64,000 nucleotides of DNA from the NCBI GenBank assembly GCA_964106645.2, contig OZ067048.1; one strand, given 5' to 3'. Origin of the DNA: Podarcis pityusensis (Eukaryota). The notes below the pieces were generated by a model that was not told the DNA's origin, ran no database searches, and saw nothing but the letters and a program-made list of their open reading frames with translations. The position numbers were made by a program, and so were the translations under genes. This document shows positions 51,054-63,284 of the stretch, in pieces; the first letter of the stretch is position 1, and every line of letters starts with the position of its first letter.

Positions 51054-51275
51054 TGCAATTGCTTGGTAATGCCACTAAGAATTCTGTTAGAGATCCATCA
51101 GTTCTTTGGGTTCCAGAGAAATACAAAACTGGAAGAAAGACATGGAGCCTGCAACATTCTCTCCAGCCTGAGAACTGCAGAATGAGCAGTACCGTAGCTA
51201 TTTTACCATAAGTCGACCACCCAATTAGATATATTATACTTTCCCCCTTTAGTTTAAATAAGTGTGGTTTCAAAC

Positions 51276-51589
51276 CAGGGATGGCAAGGCTTTTTCAGCC
51301 CAAGGACGGCACTCCCTTCTGGTCAGCTTTCCAAGGGCCACATGCCAGGGATGGGGGGGCCAGAACCAAAAATGGGCAAAGCAAGAAATGTAAAAAAATT
51401 GATTGGACAGTAGATGGGTTTCTATATACAGTTCTCCATCCAGACAAGCAAAAGGTAGCATCAGAGTCCAAGGACACATTCCAGCCAGGCAAAACTAATG
51501 CAGTGAAGAGCAGAATGAGGGAGGGATGTGGCTTGGAGAGAGGAGTCCTGAGGGCAAGAGACTGGAGGGCCTGAGGTTCCCCACCCCTG
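51276..51589. mobile_element. hAT-type MITE
   Basis: CAGGGATGG...CCACCCCTG termini; imperfect 8-bp TSD TTTCAAAC/TCTCAAAG. Confidence 0.6.
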
Positions 51590-52210
51590 TCTCAAAGTGG
51601 GGGTGAATGAGAGAGCACAGGCCCAGCATGAGCACACAGCATGGTCAGAGCTCACACCAGTATCCTTGTTTTATTTTATTTTATTTATTTCAAAAATACA
51701 TATATTCGGACCTGATACTGAGAAAAAACACCTGTCAGACCAGCAGCCACAGATGCTACCATCTTTCCTGTGCTTGTGGGTTCAGCCACAACATCACGTC
51801 CCTCTGAAAAGCTGCATCTGGGTTGACAGGTTTTCTGGGGAAATGAAAATGGTGGTGACCACAAGGAATAGTCATCAGCTGCTGACCCTCCTGTCGGCAG
51901 AGAGTGCACAAGTTGAAGTAAACACAGAAGAAAAAGCCTCTAAGCTTTTGGTGATTGGTTTGGAAAAAGAATGGGGGGAAATGGAAAAAGAAGGACCTCT
52001 CCTCTTTTAAGTGGGACTGGAAAATATGGGATTGGGTATGACTTAACAAGTAAATAATTGCGAACGAATATGCTGTTAGGATTTGTTGGAACCCTTGGAA
52101 AGAAACTTATCATATTGGATATTCTCTCTGTTTTAGTTTTATTTATTTAGATTATTTTGGTTTTATTATATTCTATGTTGAAAACTTTCAATTGAAAATT
52201 GATTATAAAA

Positions 52211-53349
52211 GAGGGGGCCACTAGGGGCGCATTGGAAGATGGCCGACAATAACATCTCTCTGACCCACACGAGGTAATTAAGAGGCTGTAATGGGAGTAT
52301 GCAGCCTCCCTGCCCCCCCAAGGGAATGGGGGGGACTGCCTTTGCCTGCTGTGCCCATAAATCATCCCCGGATTCGAGGGGGTGTGGGCACTAGGCTGAA
52401 CGCCCTTGTGTGGACTTCGGCTCTCCTGGACGCTGTCTCTGATCGTGCCACTAGCTGTGCAACTTGAAAATAAACAATTAGGAAGAAGCAAATGCACATA
52501 TTTCAAGTGAAGAATGGGGAGTAAAGACTGCTAATTGAAGGGACCTCTGAAAGAAGACGGGTCGGATAAACAGGAATATATCATGAGAAGACACATCAAG
52601 GCTCAGTATGTCGGCAGCGGGACTGGATGGGGGAGGGAGAAAAACTTTTCTTTCTTTCTTCTATGTGATTAACCAATAATCCCCCCCCCACAAGTCAGAA
52701 ATGCCAATTAAATGACCTAAGCTGGATGATTTAAGACTGTGTGAAAACAAACTCTAACCAAAAGCATGTTTTAAGGAGACCGAGGAAAGTACAAGAGCTT
52801 TGGGATGACGCAGCAAAAAACAGCGTCGCCATTTTGGCAAGTTCTGTCGAAAGATTTATGTCTGGGAGGAGGAACGGGTCTCTTTTTATACTGCAGGCGA
52901 ACCTCCTCAGAGGACTAAAGAAGGCGACAGATTTGCGAAGATTAATGATGGAAAGAGTGCTTTTATCTATGGAAGTGATGATATATGGAAACCATCTCGA
53001 TATGGCTATTGGACGAACGGAAAAATTCACACAGGATTACAACTTGTTTTATACCTGCTTAAGGAGATTATCAGAAGAGGTCGCAAAGAGAAGGAAAAAT
53101 ATACGAAAATAACAAGATGAGATGTTGGAAACAGCAAGATAGGATTGGATAGAATTATGAACATTATTTGGACAGATTTGTGGACATTAATGCAGCAGCA
53201 AGAAGATGATTGGACCCCCCTTCGGAACTTGAAATATGGGTACCCCCCACAAAAATTTAAAAATTCGGCTTTGTAATTTGGAATTTATGTGATGTGATGT
53301 GATGTGATTTGATTGGTCGGTTAATAAAAATTATTATTTTTTTAAAAAA
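52211..53349 (+). mobile_element. 1.14-kb non-autonomous L1-type retroposon with 17-bp TSD
   Basis: TSD GAAAATTGATTATAAAA at 52194-52210 and 53350-53366. G-rich start with AAGATGGCCG (YY1) at 52236, (TGATG)n, AATAAA at 53323 and an A-tail. Confidence 0.75.
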
Positions 53350-53711
53350 GAAAATTGATTATAAAAAAGAACAGAAAATGGAGATGGCTGCCAATGTCTG
53401 GCCCAGCAGTTCTTAGCACAGGTAGGGGGAACAAGGGGTTACATTGCTATCCATCCCTGCAGCCGCCTGCTACCATCCTCACCCCCTGGTATTGTGACTT
53501 TGGAGGGCCCACCAGGTGATGCAGAGATGCAGAGGTGACCTTGCCTGGGTACCCCTCAAACTGAGTTCCAGCCCAAAGTCTCCCTTAGGGAGACTTATGA
53601 TGTCTTTGCGGTCTCTGCCTATTTACAAATCCACCAACAGCATTATGGAAACAAGTGGACTCCTGAAAATAGGCAAAACAGCTGCTAATCCTTCATCAGT
53701 TTCCTAGTTGC

Positions 53712-55121
53712 TATATGCCAAAGATATTGGTTACAAAAGAAGTCAAGGCAGTGATGATACATTGGGCTAGAGATTTTGGGTATTATATCCAACTTTCATC
53801 TTGGGAAAAGTTTTGGAAAGAAGAAATAAAATTTACTGCATGCTGTTCATTGAAAGAAAACTATATGAAAATGATGCATTGTTGGTATCTAACACAGAGT
53901 AAAATTGCTAAAATGTACAAAACAAGTTCAAAATTGTGTTGGAAATGTAAAGAGAATGTGCTAGTCCCGGGGGGAAGGTTACCGTTGTTGTAGTCAAAGT
54001 CCAGTCCTGAATCACTAGCCTGGAAACGGTTCACAAGGAGCGAGGCGAGGTCCGAAGCAGGAAGCCGGGCGGGGACAGGAACACTGGAAGGTCAGAAGCA
54101 GGAAGCCGGGCGGGGACAGGAACACTGGAAGGTCAGGTCTGGGTCCGGGTAGGAGCAGGTACTCAACGACGACGTTGCTTCCGCAACCTGGGACCAGGCT
54201 GACTGGCCTTTATCTTCTCTGAGACCAGGGGCGGTCCTGGTCCCCAGGAGACCCTCCTCTCCTGGCCTTAAGGCGAGCACTCCTCCTGGGAGAAACCAGT
54301 TCCCTTCGCCTCTCTGCCCTGAGCCTCTGCAGTTCAGGAGAGGCTGAAGGGTTACTGGGCCCAGGGGGAGACTCACCTGTAGGCACTGAGTCCTCAACCA
54401 CCTCTGGAGCCAGAATGGATTCACCTGGTGCCTGCTCCTGAGGATCCGGCACAGGTGTAGGCGCCTCAGAATCAAGGCCCTGCCCCAGTTCAGCCGGCCC
54501 TGGAGGCGGGGACTCCTGTGCAGGCTGGGATTCCTCCGGTTCATCCTCTGAATCGGATTCCCAGGCCATCACAGAGAAGGAGGGTACTTTTTACCATATG
54601 TGATGGACAGGTAAAGGCTTTCTGGGAAATGATATATAAGGAACTAAAGAACATGTTTAAAAATACATTTGTTAAAAAACCAGAAGCCTTACTAGGTATA
54701 ATATGTGAAGAGTTACCAAGAGAAGATAAAAGACTTTTTATGTATGCAACAATGGCAGCGAGAATGCTACTAACCCAGAGATGGAAGGAAGGAGAAATAC
54801 CAACAAAAGAAGAATGGCAGATGAAACTGACGGGGAAGATCCAAAACCAGGAAGATCAAGTATTTTCTAAAGATTGGAGTCAATTTGTAATTTATTTAAA
54901 AGACCACTGTAAACAATTAAAATCTTTGGCAGGGATGCAATGACACTTGTAATGTGGAATTATTTATGGTAATTATGGTTATATAATACATGGATAATGG
55001 TAAAAGATGCAGCAAATTTAAACTTAAACATGGAACCCATGGAGGGAGGGAAGGCAGTCCGAAGGTTCAAAAGAACCATGTATTTCAATGTATGAGATGA
55101 TTGTGTTTTATATGTATAAAT
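53712..55121 (+). mobile_element. Older L1-clade 3' fragment split by an LTR insertion
   Basis: The ORF2 C-terminus (..KFTAC..KENYMKMM..CWKCKE|[22 protein letters not shown]) continues across 53957-54573. Confidence 0.85.
53957..54573 (-). mobile_element. Solo LTR (617 bp), probably Gypsy-type
   Basis: TGTG...CACA termini and 5-bp TSD GAGAA (53952-56, 54574-78); removing it restores the L1 reading frame. Internal ~41-bp tandem duplication at 54055-54134. Confidence 0.88.
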
Positions 55122-55337
55122 NNNNNNNNNNNNNNNNNNNNNNNNNNNNNNNNNNNNNNNNNNNNNNNNNNNNNNNNNNNNNNNNNNNNNNNNNNNNNNN
55201 NNNNNNNNNNNNNNNNNNNNNNNNNNNNNNNNNNNNNNNNNNNNNNNNNNNNNNNNNNNNNNNNNNNNNNNNNNNNNNNNNNNNNNNNNNNNNNNNNNNN
55301 NNNNNNNNNNNNNNNNNNNNNNNNNNNNNNNNNNNNN
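55122..55337. other. Assembly gap (216 N)
   Basis: Run of N. Confidence 1.
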
Positions 55338-55486
55338 ATGAAGAAATATTCTAGTTTAGAGGAAATGGAGGGGGGGCATGGTAGAGGTGAATAAAATTAG
55401 GAATGGAGTGAAGAAAGTAGACATGAAGAAGTTTTTGTCTCTCTCCTAATACTAGGGACTCAGCTACACGGGTCAATTTATAAAGT

Positions 55487-55947
55487 TTGTTGTTGTTTAG
55501 TCGTTTAGTCATGTCTGACTCTTCGTGACCCCATGGACCAGAGCACGCCAGCCACTCCTGTCTTCCATTGCCTCCCGCAGTTTGGTCAGACTCATGTTTG
55601 TAGCTTCGAGAACACTGTCCAACCATCTCGTCCTCTGTCATCCCCTTCTCCTTGTGCCCTCCATCTTTCCCAACATCAGGGTCTTTTCCAGGGAGTCTTC
55701 TCTTCTCATGAGGTGGCCAAAGTATTGGAGCCTCAGCTTCAGGGTCTGTCCTTCCAGTGAGCACTCAGGGCTGATTTCCTTAAGAATGGAGAGGTTTGAT
55801 CTTCTTGCAATCCATGGGACTCTCAAGAGTCTCCTCCAGCACCAGAATTCAAAAGCATCCATTCTTCGGTGATCAGCCTTCTTTATGGTTCAGCTCTCAC
55901 TTCCATACACCACAACTGGGAAAACCATAGCTTTAACTATATGGACC
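55487..55947 (-). mobile_element. Bov-B (RTE) LINE 3' fragment
   Basis: Translates to DAFEFWCWRRLLRVPW.ARRSNLSILKEISPECSLEG...YFGHLMRREDSLEKTLMLGK; (CAA)n tail. Confidence 0.92.
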
Positions 55948-58900
55948 TTATTTATAAAGTTTATAAAGTTAAATTTATAAAGTTAAAGATGTCTTATAAA
56001 CATGTGATACTAGATGGTGCTGTAGAGCAGAATCCAAAGTTGATGGCAGATTGCCTTGGGAGCTTTTTTCCTGTAGTTTTTTTTATAGCATTTAAAATAT
56101 TTGTATAGATCCAGCCTAAGTCTCAGTACCATCCCATGAAGCTGAATGTTGGACGATTCAGGAATTACACAGGAAAGGACTTCACAAAGTGCATAGTGGA
56201 ACAGTAGGACCCATTCCCACAATATACTGTGATAGCCACCCACTTAAAAGGCTTTAAAAGAGAAATTCATGGTGGATAAGGCTATCAATAGCTACCAGCC
56301 ACAATGGTTATGTTCTACCTCCACAGTCTGAAGCAATGAACTTCTGAATACTACTTGCTGGGAAGAGGTCCCGTAAGTACCTTGTTGGACTCAGATGGGT
56401 CTTTGCAGGGTTTTTCGTGTCGTCTTAGGTTCTCCTGCTCCCAGCGCCACAACCCCAGATTCAAGCTGCAAACTGCCACAGAACCTGCTTATGGAAACCC
56501 TGACTACAAACCCAATTCTGCAGATGTCCATCCAATAAAAACCTCCCCGGTTGTTTGCTCCTATCAAGGGAACACTGACCAGTATCATACTTGACAATCA
56601 GCAAGCAATCTGCTTACTCAAATGGGTTACTGGTCAGTTACTCAGCAGCAATAACAACATCTTCCTTTGAGCCCTCTTGCTTAGAAACCTGATAAACTCT
56701 CACAAATACCGAACCAGAAAATAAATTTATTATTAGAGCAGAGGCAGTCTTAGCACAGAAGAAAAAGCTGAAAATGCCCAAATGTGCAAATGTGTGTGAG
56801 TCAGCTCAGCAGCACTGGAACTGCTGGGCCAAGTTAGCCCAACCCTAATTGCTAGTTAGGAGGAAGACCTGCTGTGCAAAGCTGTTCCCAAGGAGTGGAC
56901 TGAGCCAAGAGAGAGGAGCAAAGTGGGGAAAGGGAATGCATACTGCTAAACAAATGCTGTGCCCTAAATGCATTCCAGCCCACTGCCCCTCCCCAGGTGT
57001 GCTAGTCAAGTGCTTAGGAGTAGAATTTACAAAGCTTTGGCAACTGACAGGAGCACAGACCACACACCTGCCATCATCTGTGCCTTCCTAACTAGCAGAA
57101 TTCAGGTACGCATGGGAAAATATTTTTCCTTTATTTTAATCCAACCAACATTCTGTGTTATTTTCTTTTGTTGTTTTAAGACAATACTTAATTATTCATT
57201 TTTCTCTGAAGTAGAGGAGGCAAAACGTGTTAAAGAAATATATAGGAAGGGGGGTGGTAAGTAGCCTGAATGGCAGGTGCCTTAAGGTAATGGTGAATTT
57301 CAGTGCATAATATATAACATTCCAAAAATGTGAAAAAAATCAAAAGGCCACACAAAATGTAGGTAAGTGAAGAATGATATTGTGAAATTAATTGATTACA
57401 GATCACAAAACAATTGTTTCAAAGCTACTTTCATCCACATGAAATTCTTTAGTAAGATGTAGCTCCTCCAGACTCTTGAAAGCATTCAAGAACCTGAGCC
57501 AGTGGTATAAGGGGGTTGCAGCTGGGAGTGTGAGCTTCTTAACCAATTGAATTTTCATCCCTTTACTTAAGATGCCCAGTGTACATTCCACCATTCATGC
57601 TTATTCCAGGCAGGTCTTCCCCCCGGTTTCTCACAGCTATGTGACAAGCAGAAAGTCAGCTAGTATAGCATTACTTAACATGGATGTGCGATGGCAGGAA
57701 AAGCTGGATTTTTTGTTGTTTGGTTTTTACATATCACACAGCTATCGATGGCACAGAAACTTTCAAGAAAAATGTACTAATCCAACCAGCAATATTTAAC
57801 ACTAAATGTCAGCAATAGGCTACTGCTGCTGAGGCAACTACTTACAATGTTCTCTCTTTCTTTTGGAACTTGGGTTATAAGTGAAGTTTACCCCAGTACA
57901 CGCAGGTATTTTTGAAACACAACCTGCCCCACTGGTTCTAATTTGCAACATGGAGTTGAGCTGTGTGGATTATATAAATACTGGCATGCAGTAAGAGGAG
58001 CATTTTGTTTGGACGGCAGGAGTCGAGCTACAGAGTTTCAGCCTTCAACCGCTAACCTGTCCTCCAGCAAAATAGTTAATTTTTACAGCAGTTCACTGCT
58101 AATCAGTGATGAATTATTTGTAACACTGGAAATCCCTTTTGCGTAAGATGCCCTCATAAAAGTCCTAGAAAAGACTTTCGTCCTTCCTATTAAGATCTAC
58201 TATTCTATACTCTGTTGACGAAGTGAAACTCTTTGTTTCCTTGAAATCATTTCTCTCTGATCTTCCTTCTTTTCTTACAGAGGGCCCAGCCACTTTCACT
58301 ACCATGCAACCTATTATGGTAGCAATATAATCACTGGTGTGGCACAAAGGACCCCCCCTTTCTAATACAATTATGAGATTATAGCTTTGCCCTTCAAAAA
58401 ATAATAATCTGAAGGTTTTCAAAAGGAGCTAAAAATCAACAAAGTTAGTAGAACTTATTTGCAGTGTTTATGAGTAAAATGTCCATGTTTTTGGTGTATT
58501 CAAGCTTTATCACCTAAACTTACAATGCAAGGGTAAAGACTGATGTGAATTTTAAAAAGAGTTTATTCTTCAGCTATAGTGGAAATGTGCAAGGTCTCCT
58601 TATGTCTAAGAAATTATTATGCAGAAATTACTGGATTTAATATTCCTTTGGATTTTCAACTCAATTCTACTTCAAAAATAAAAGAATGATATCTACAAAC
58701 TCATGATATGGAAAGATGTGGAAATTTATAATATGAGTGATAAAAGCATGGACCATTGAAGTGATCGCCAAATTGACAATGTATATACAGTAAAATGGGA
58801 AAGATGGGAGGTGAAAATAAAGGAATACTGAGAGAAACAGGTTGCTTTAGGTCTACTATACTGCATTTACAGTGAGAAACGAATGAGGAATGCAACCTTT

Positions 58901-60116
58901 ATTGCAACAAAATGCTCTTAACTAGTACATGCAGTAACATTTGTTACAACACACTTTCCCTTGCTTTTGTGCTTTAGAAAAACCTGGCATAAGTAGATCT
59001 CCAAGTGAAATGTCTGTCTGTCAGAAAGTCAAGTATTTATAGAAACCTATAAAAATATACAAAATACATTTTAAAAATTTGAAATATTAAACATTCAAAG
59101 CCAGTGCAAGTAATCACATTCAGAACAGCATATGAAGATTGCCAGGAAGAGACTGGCTTGTGCTGAAATTCTGCTGTTTGTGGCCCTGGATATTTTCCAT
59201 ACAGTCCTTCCTCTCAGACCTTACCCTCCAACATTCCTCAGATGGAAATAGAGACATTTCTCACTCCCCTAACTGACCCTCCTTGACCCCCCCATTCCCT
59301 CCCCCCCCCCACATTTCCTATCAGAAGAAGGGCGAGTGGTGCCACCACAACACCTACAGCACACGCACTGTCCTGATTTTATTTTATTTTATTCTTCTTT
59401 AGTAGATTTACAAAAAGAAAAACACACACCAATAAATAAATAATTTTTTAAATTTTTTATATTAGATGTGGATGCACAAAGCATTTTTATTTTAAATCAT
59501 GACTTTTTGCTCCACTCCACGCCCCCTTTCTCCCCCCCCCCCGGCAGTCCTGCCCTCTGCTCGTCCCTTAGAGCTGGCGCATTACAGGGGGTGGGCCTCA
59601 GTGGCGCCAGCCTCTCTTCCTCCTTGCCTGCTCCAGCAACCGCTATGAGCTGCCCAAGGGAGGAGGCCATGGGGAGGGGTTGCTCCCATGCAGCTGCTGC
59701 CACTGCAGCTCGGGACAAGCACTGGCTCATCCTCCTCTCCGAGCTCAGTGGCGGCGGCACGGCTGAGGAAATGGGGACATTCTGTGATCAAATCAGAAGC
59801 CAGGATGTCTTTCATAATTCTGAGGCTGTCCCTGGAAAATCAGGACCTTGGAAGGTATGAATACGTTAAATGCATGGACATGGATGTGTACACGAAGAGT
59901 TAGTCCAGTGGGCATATTTATTTTACTTAGAAAACTGACTAAAAGTGCAACAAATCCTTTGCTCTTCTGGATCACATGATAGGCATACCGGCGCACACCA
60001 ATGGAGACTGCTTCTGCCCTTTGGTGTACCACTTCTTGGAACTATTTTCAAAATAAACCGGGTCCTCCCTTAAAGAGGCCGTGTATTGCGGTGAGACCTG
60101 GACAACTGACACCCTG

Positions 60117-60817
60117 TGTTATGGGTGGGTACAATTGGTCAGCCACAACACCTGATTGGTAGGTCCCTTGAAGCTGGGTTCAAGCTGGCCAATGGGACAC
60201 AATCCAAATGGTTCAAGGGACCTATTTATGCCCATGCACGTGACCCAGAGCTTCTTCTTTCAGCACGTGCATTCGGAACACCGGCCCACCCCTCCCTGCT
60301 TTTAGGGCTTGCACTTGACCTTGCTATGCCGTCGTGTGTCATCTGTCGTTGGGACAGGGGCATGGCAGGAATTTCCCCCACTTGGCTGATTGGCTGTTGC
60401 CATTTGGGTTTCGCCTGCCACGTAGCAAATCGTCACAACTTGTAAGGTTGTGGATAGGCTGTGGTTCAGGTGACAGGGATGGGAGAACGCTCTTGCCATC
60501 CCTCTGTGAAGGGTATTCCATTAAAGGAATCCAGGGACTCAATGGTTTGTGCCTGTGCCTGAGTCCAGGGGAACATTTGGGTGGTGGAGTTAGCCTGTTC
60601 CCGGCTTTCTGCTTATCCAGGTGTTCACCCTAGGCTGAGCTATGCTGGTCCCCTGGATCAGCGATACCTGCATGGCAGGGAGCTAATCAGGCCAGAGCCT
60701 ATGCAACCAATCACTTTCTGTAATCAATAAAGTTGTGGCCTAAATTCTACCAAAAACCAAACCAAAATTTGAGTCATGTATGAATTTATTTAGGGGGGAG
60801 GTTTCTGGGTCTGAACA
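60117..60817 (+). mobile_element. Solo LTR-like element (~700 bp)
   Basis: TGTT...AACA termini, ATTGG boxes, TATTTAT, and AATAAA at 60726; no clear TSD. Confidence 0.65.
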
Positions 60818-62689
60818 CGCAAATGAATAACCCTCATCATTGTGAAAGGTGAGCAGCAGCAAAATTGCTGTGCAAGCCTTAAACTGGTGCAGCAATTGGA
60901 CCAAGTGTGGGGCTGATGCCCTCAAGTGATGATAGCAGAGTGAGCTTAGAATCCAGTGGTTCTGAATCAGGCCTATGCCATCACTGCCATGAAAGCAATT
61001 GGGCCAGCTTGAGATCCAGTGAATCCTAGGTTGAGTCGGGCTGGCCCCCTCTTCTGCCTTCTTCTTCAGAAGGAAGCTTTTTCTAGCACATGTGGAGGCT
61101 GGTGGAGAACACCAGGGCAGGAAGAGGGACAGTTCCAGAGAGGTTTGGATTGCAGTGTAAAATGAAAAGCATTTTCTCCTTTTTTTTTTTAAGCATATGG
61201 ATAAAATTGACCAGATCTCAATGTTTAGGTGTTTCTGGGCCCAGTTTAAAGTGCTGTTTTTTAATCATAAGGCCCCTTATGACTTTATGACTCAGGATCC
61301 CAATACCTTTCAGAGCACCTCTCTATATAGGTACTTATGTGGACCTCTCAGTCTTCATCTGAGGCTTGTCTCCCAAGGCAGAGGGCCTTTTTAGTTGTGG
61401 ACCCCCATCAGTGGAATGCTCTTCTCTGGCAAGGCCCACCTGGTGCCATCAAGTACATCCTTTTGACACCAGGTTAAAACTTATCTTTTCTCCCACGCAT
61501 CTGATGGCTGTGTGATGACTGGCTGATGAATGAAACAGTCTTGCTGCTGGAGTTAGTGTTGTTTTTCTGCTGGGCTTCCTTGTGTGTTATTGGAATGGTT
61601 TTGTTGAAACATATTATTTTATATGTGATGCCATTTCAGCTTTTAACCTTTTTATCAATTGCTTATAGACTCTTTTGTAGTAACCAAGAAGAGGAGGAGA
61701 ATAATTTATCTCCCACCTTTTCATGACGTGTTGCATATTGTCATCCTCTTCCTTCATTCCCTTTCTCCGGGTACCCCAAGTCCGGACTTTGGACCCCTCC
61801 ACCTTTTCACTCTTCTCCCTTGTTCTTCTGACATTGTCTGGGATGGTTAGGATACATCAGGTCACACCTCAGCCTGTCAGGACACGGCGCCTCCTTTGCC
61901 TTGCTGGGCCCATCGCTTCATTTCATCTGCAAAGAGGCTGGCGACGAGCTGGCCTCGTTAGACACAAATAACGACAGCAAAGCCAAAGGCAGCCGGCAGT
62001 TTCCTTCTCAGTTACCTGTCACATTCCCTCGGCTCTTCTTAAAGCAAGCAGTGCTTTTATTAACCCCGGTCAAGGCCAAGGCTGATGAAGACAGATACAC
62101 ATGTATAGACAACAAAGGCTTTGCCAAAGGCTTTGCTTTCGTTTTGTAACTGACCTGAAACACGGAGAACCTACGACCCATCCTCCCCTTCTCCTGCCCC
62201 CTTGGGTCCCAGATCTCCTCCTGCTGAAACTCCTCCTACTTTTCTTAATTAACCAAAACCCCACTGCATGAGATCACTTGCTGCCTTTCAGGAGCGGCAT
62301 TTTGTAAATTGTTCCAAAGAATTCTTGGCCTAGGCTTCTGCCTCCGATTAATTAATTAGTAGACAAATGCACTAGTCTTTGCTACAGTGTTTTCCACTGG
62401 CAATGACTTTTGCCTTTCTGTACCATACACACACGCAATAAATATATATATATAAGCCATCTTTCCAGACCGTGTCCACCCAAGGTGGCAACAATACAAC
62501 TGTACTACACACATATATAAACACCACCAAAATATAAAAATAGCAATACACAAAAATGTAAACCAGAATAAAACAATTTCCAACCACAGCAGTAAAATTA
62601 TCTAATAGCAGCCTATCAAACACATCAGTTGTGAGCCATTTTAAACAGTTTTTAAAGACTTTGAATACCGCACCAGAGTGCCCAGGCAT

Positions 62690-63130
62690 CTAATTTTTAA
62701 AGATGAGCCTATGTTCAGGGCTTCCAATGGGTGGGCTCATATGGGTGCGGGTGGCCCCTCAAATAGCCTGGCACTAAACCACTTAAGGCTTTAAAGGACA
62801 AAGCCAGCACTTCAAATTGGACCTGGAAATGCACTGGTAACCAGCAGAACCAGCACAGAACCACCAGTGTAATGTAATCTGACCACCTGGTCCCACTGAG
62901 CACTCTAGCAACCACTTTCCTGCACCAGCTGAAGTTTTCACATAGTCTTCAAAGGCAGCCCCATGTATGTAGTCTAGTATGGGTGTAACAAGGACATGTC
63001 TATCCACTACTAGGTCTACTTTTTCTAGGTTGGGTCACAGCTGGCATACCAGGACTCCCATGTGCAAACATGGCCCTTCAAGGAGAATATGGCCCCTGCA
63101 CACACACCTGATGCACCCCTCAGCCAGTTT
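62690..63130 (-). mobile_element. L2-type LINE ORF2 C-terminal fragment (degenerate)
   Basis: Translates to ARVLSG..YIT....WLPVHFQVQFEVLALSFKALSGLVPGYL; a similar + strand remnant lies at about 61230-61500. Confidence 0.7.
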
Positions 63131-63235
63131 CTTTACCCACGGTACCGCCATCTTGTATGGATTAAGCTTCAGCTTGTTCACTCTAACCCATATCAAAATC
63201 TTGGAAGCTGCACAATTGCCAAGATAAACATCCTG

Positions 63236-63237
63236 AA

Positions 63238-63281
<44 letters not shown>

Positions 63282-63284
63282 AAA
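63236..63284. repeat. (GAAA)n microsatellite
   Basis: Seen directly in the sequence. Confidence 0.95.

Noticed and set aside
52217-52231. Third CTCF site (CCACTAGGGGCGC)
   Set aside because: It is one base short of the core spacing and lies in the retroposon 5' end.
50349-60817. Two same-orientation related LTRs about 10 kb apart as the ends of one provirus
   Set aside because: They are only patchily similar, share no TSD, and have no PBS or gag/pol/env between them; better read as independent solo LTRs.
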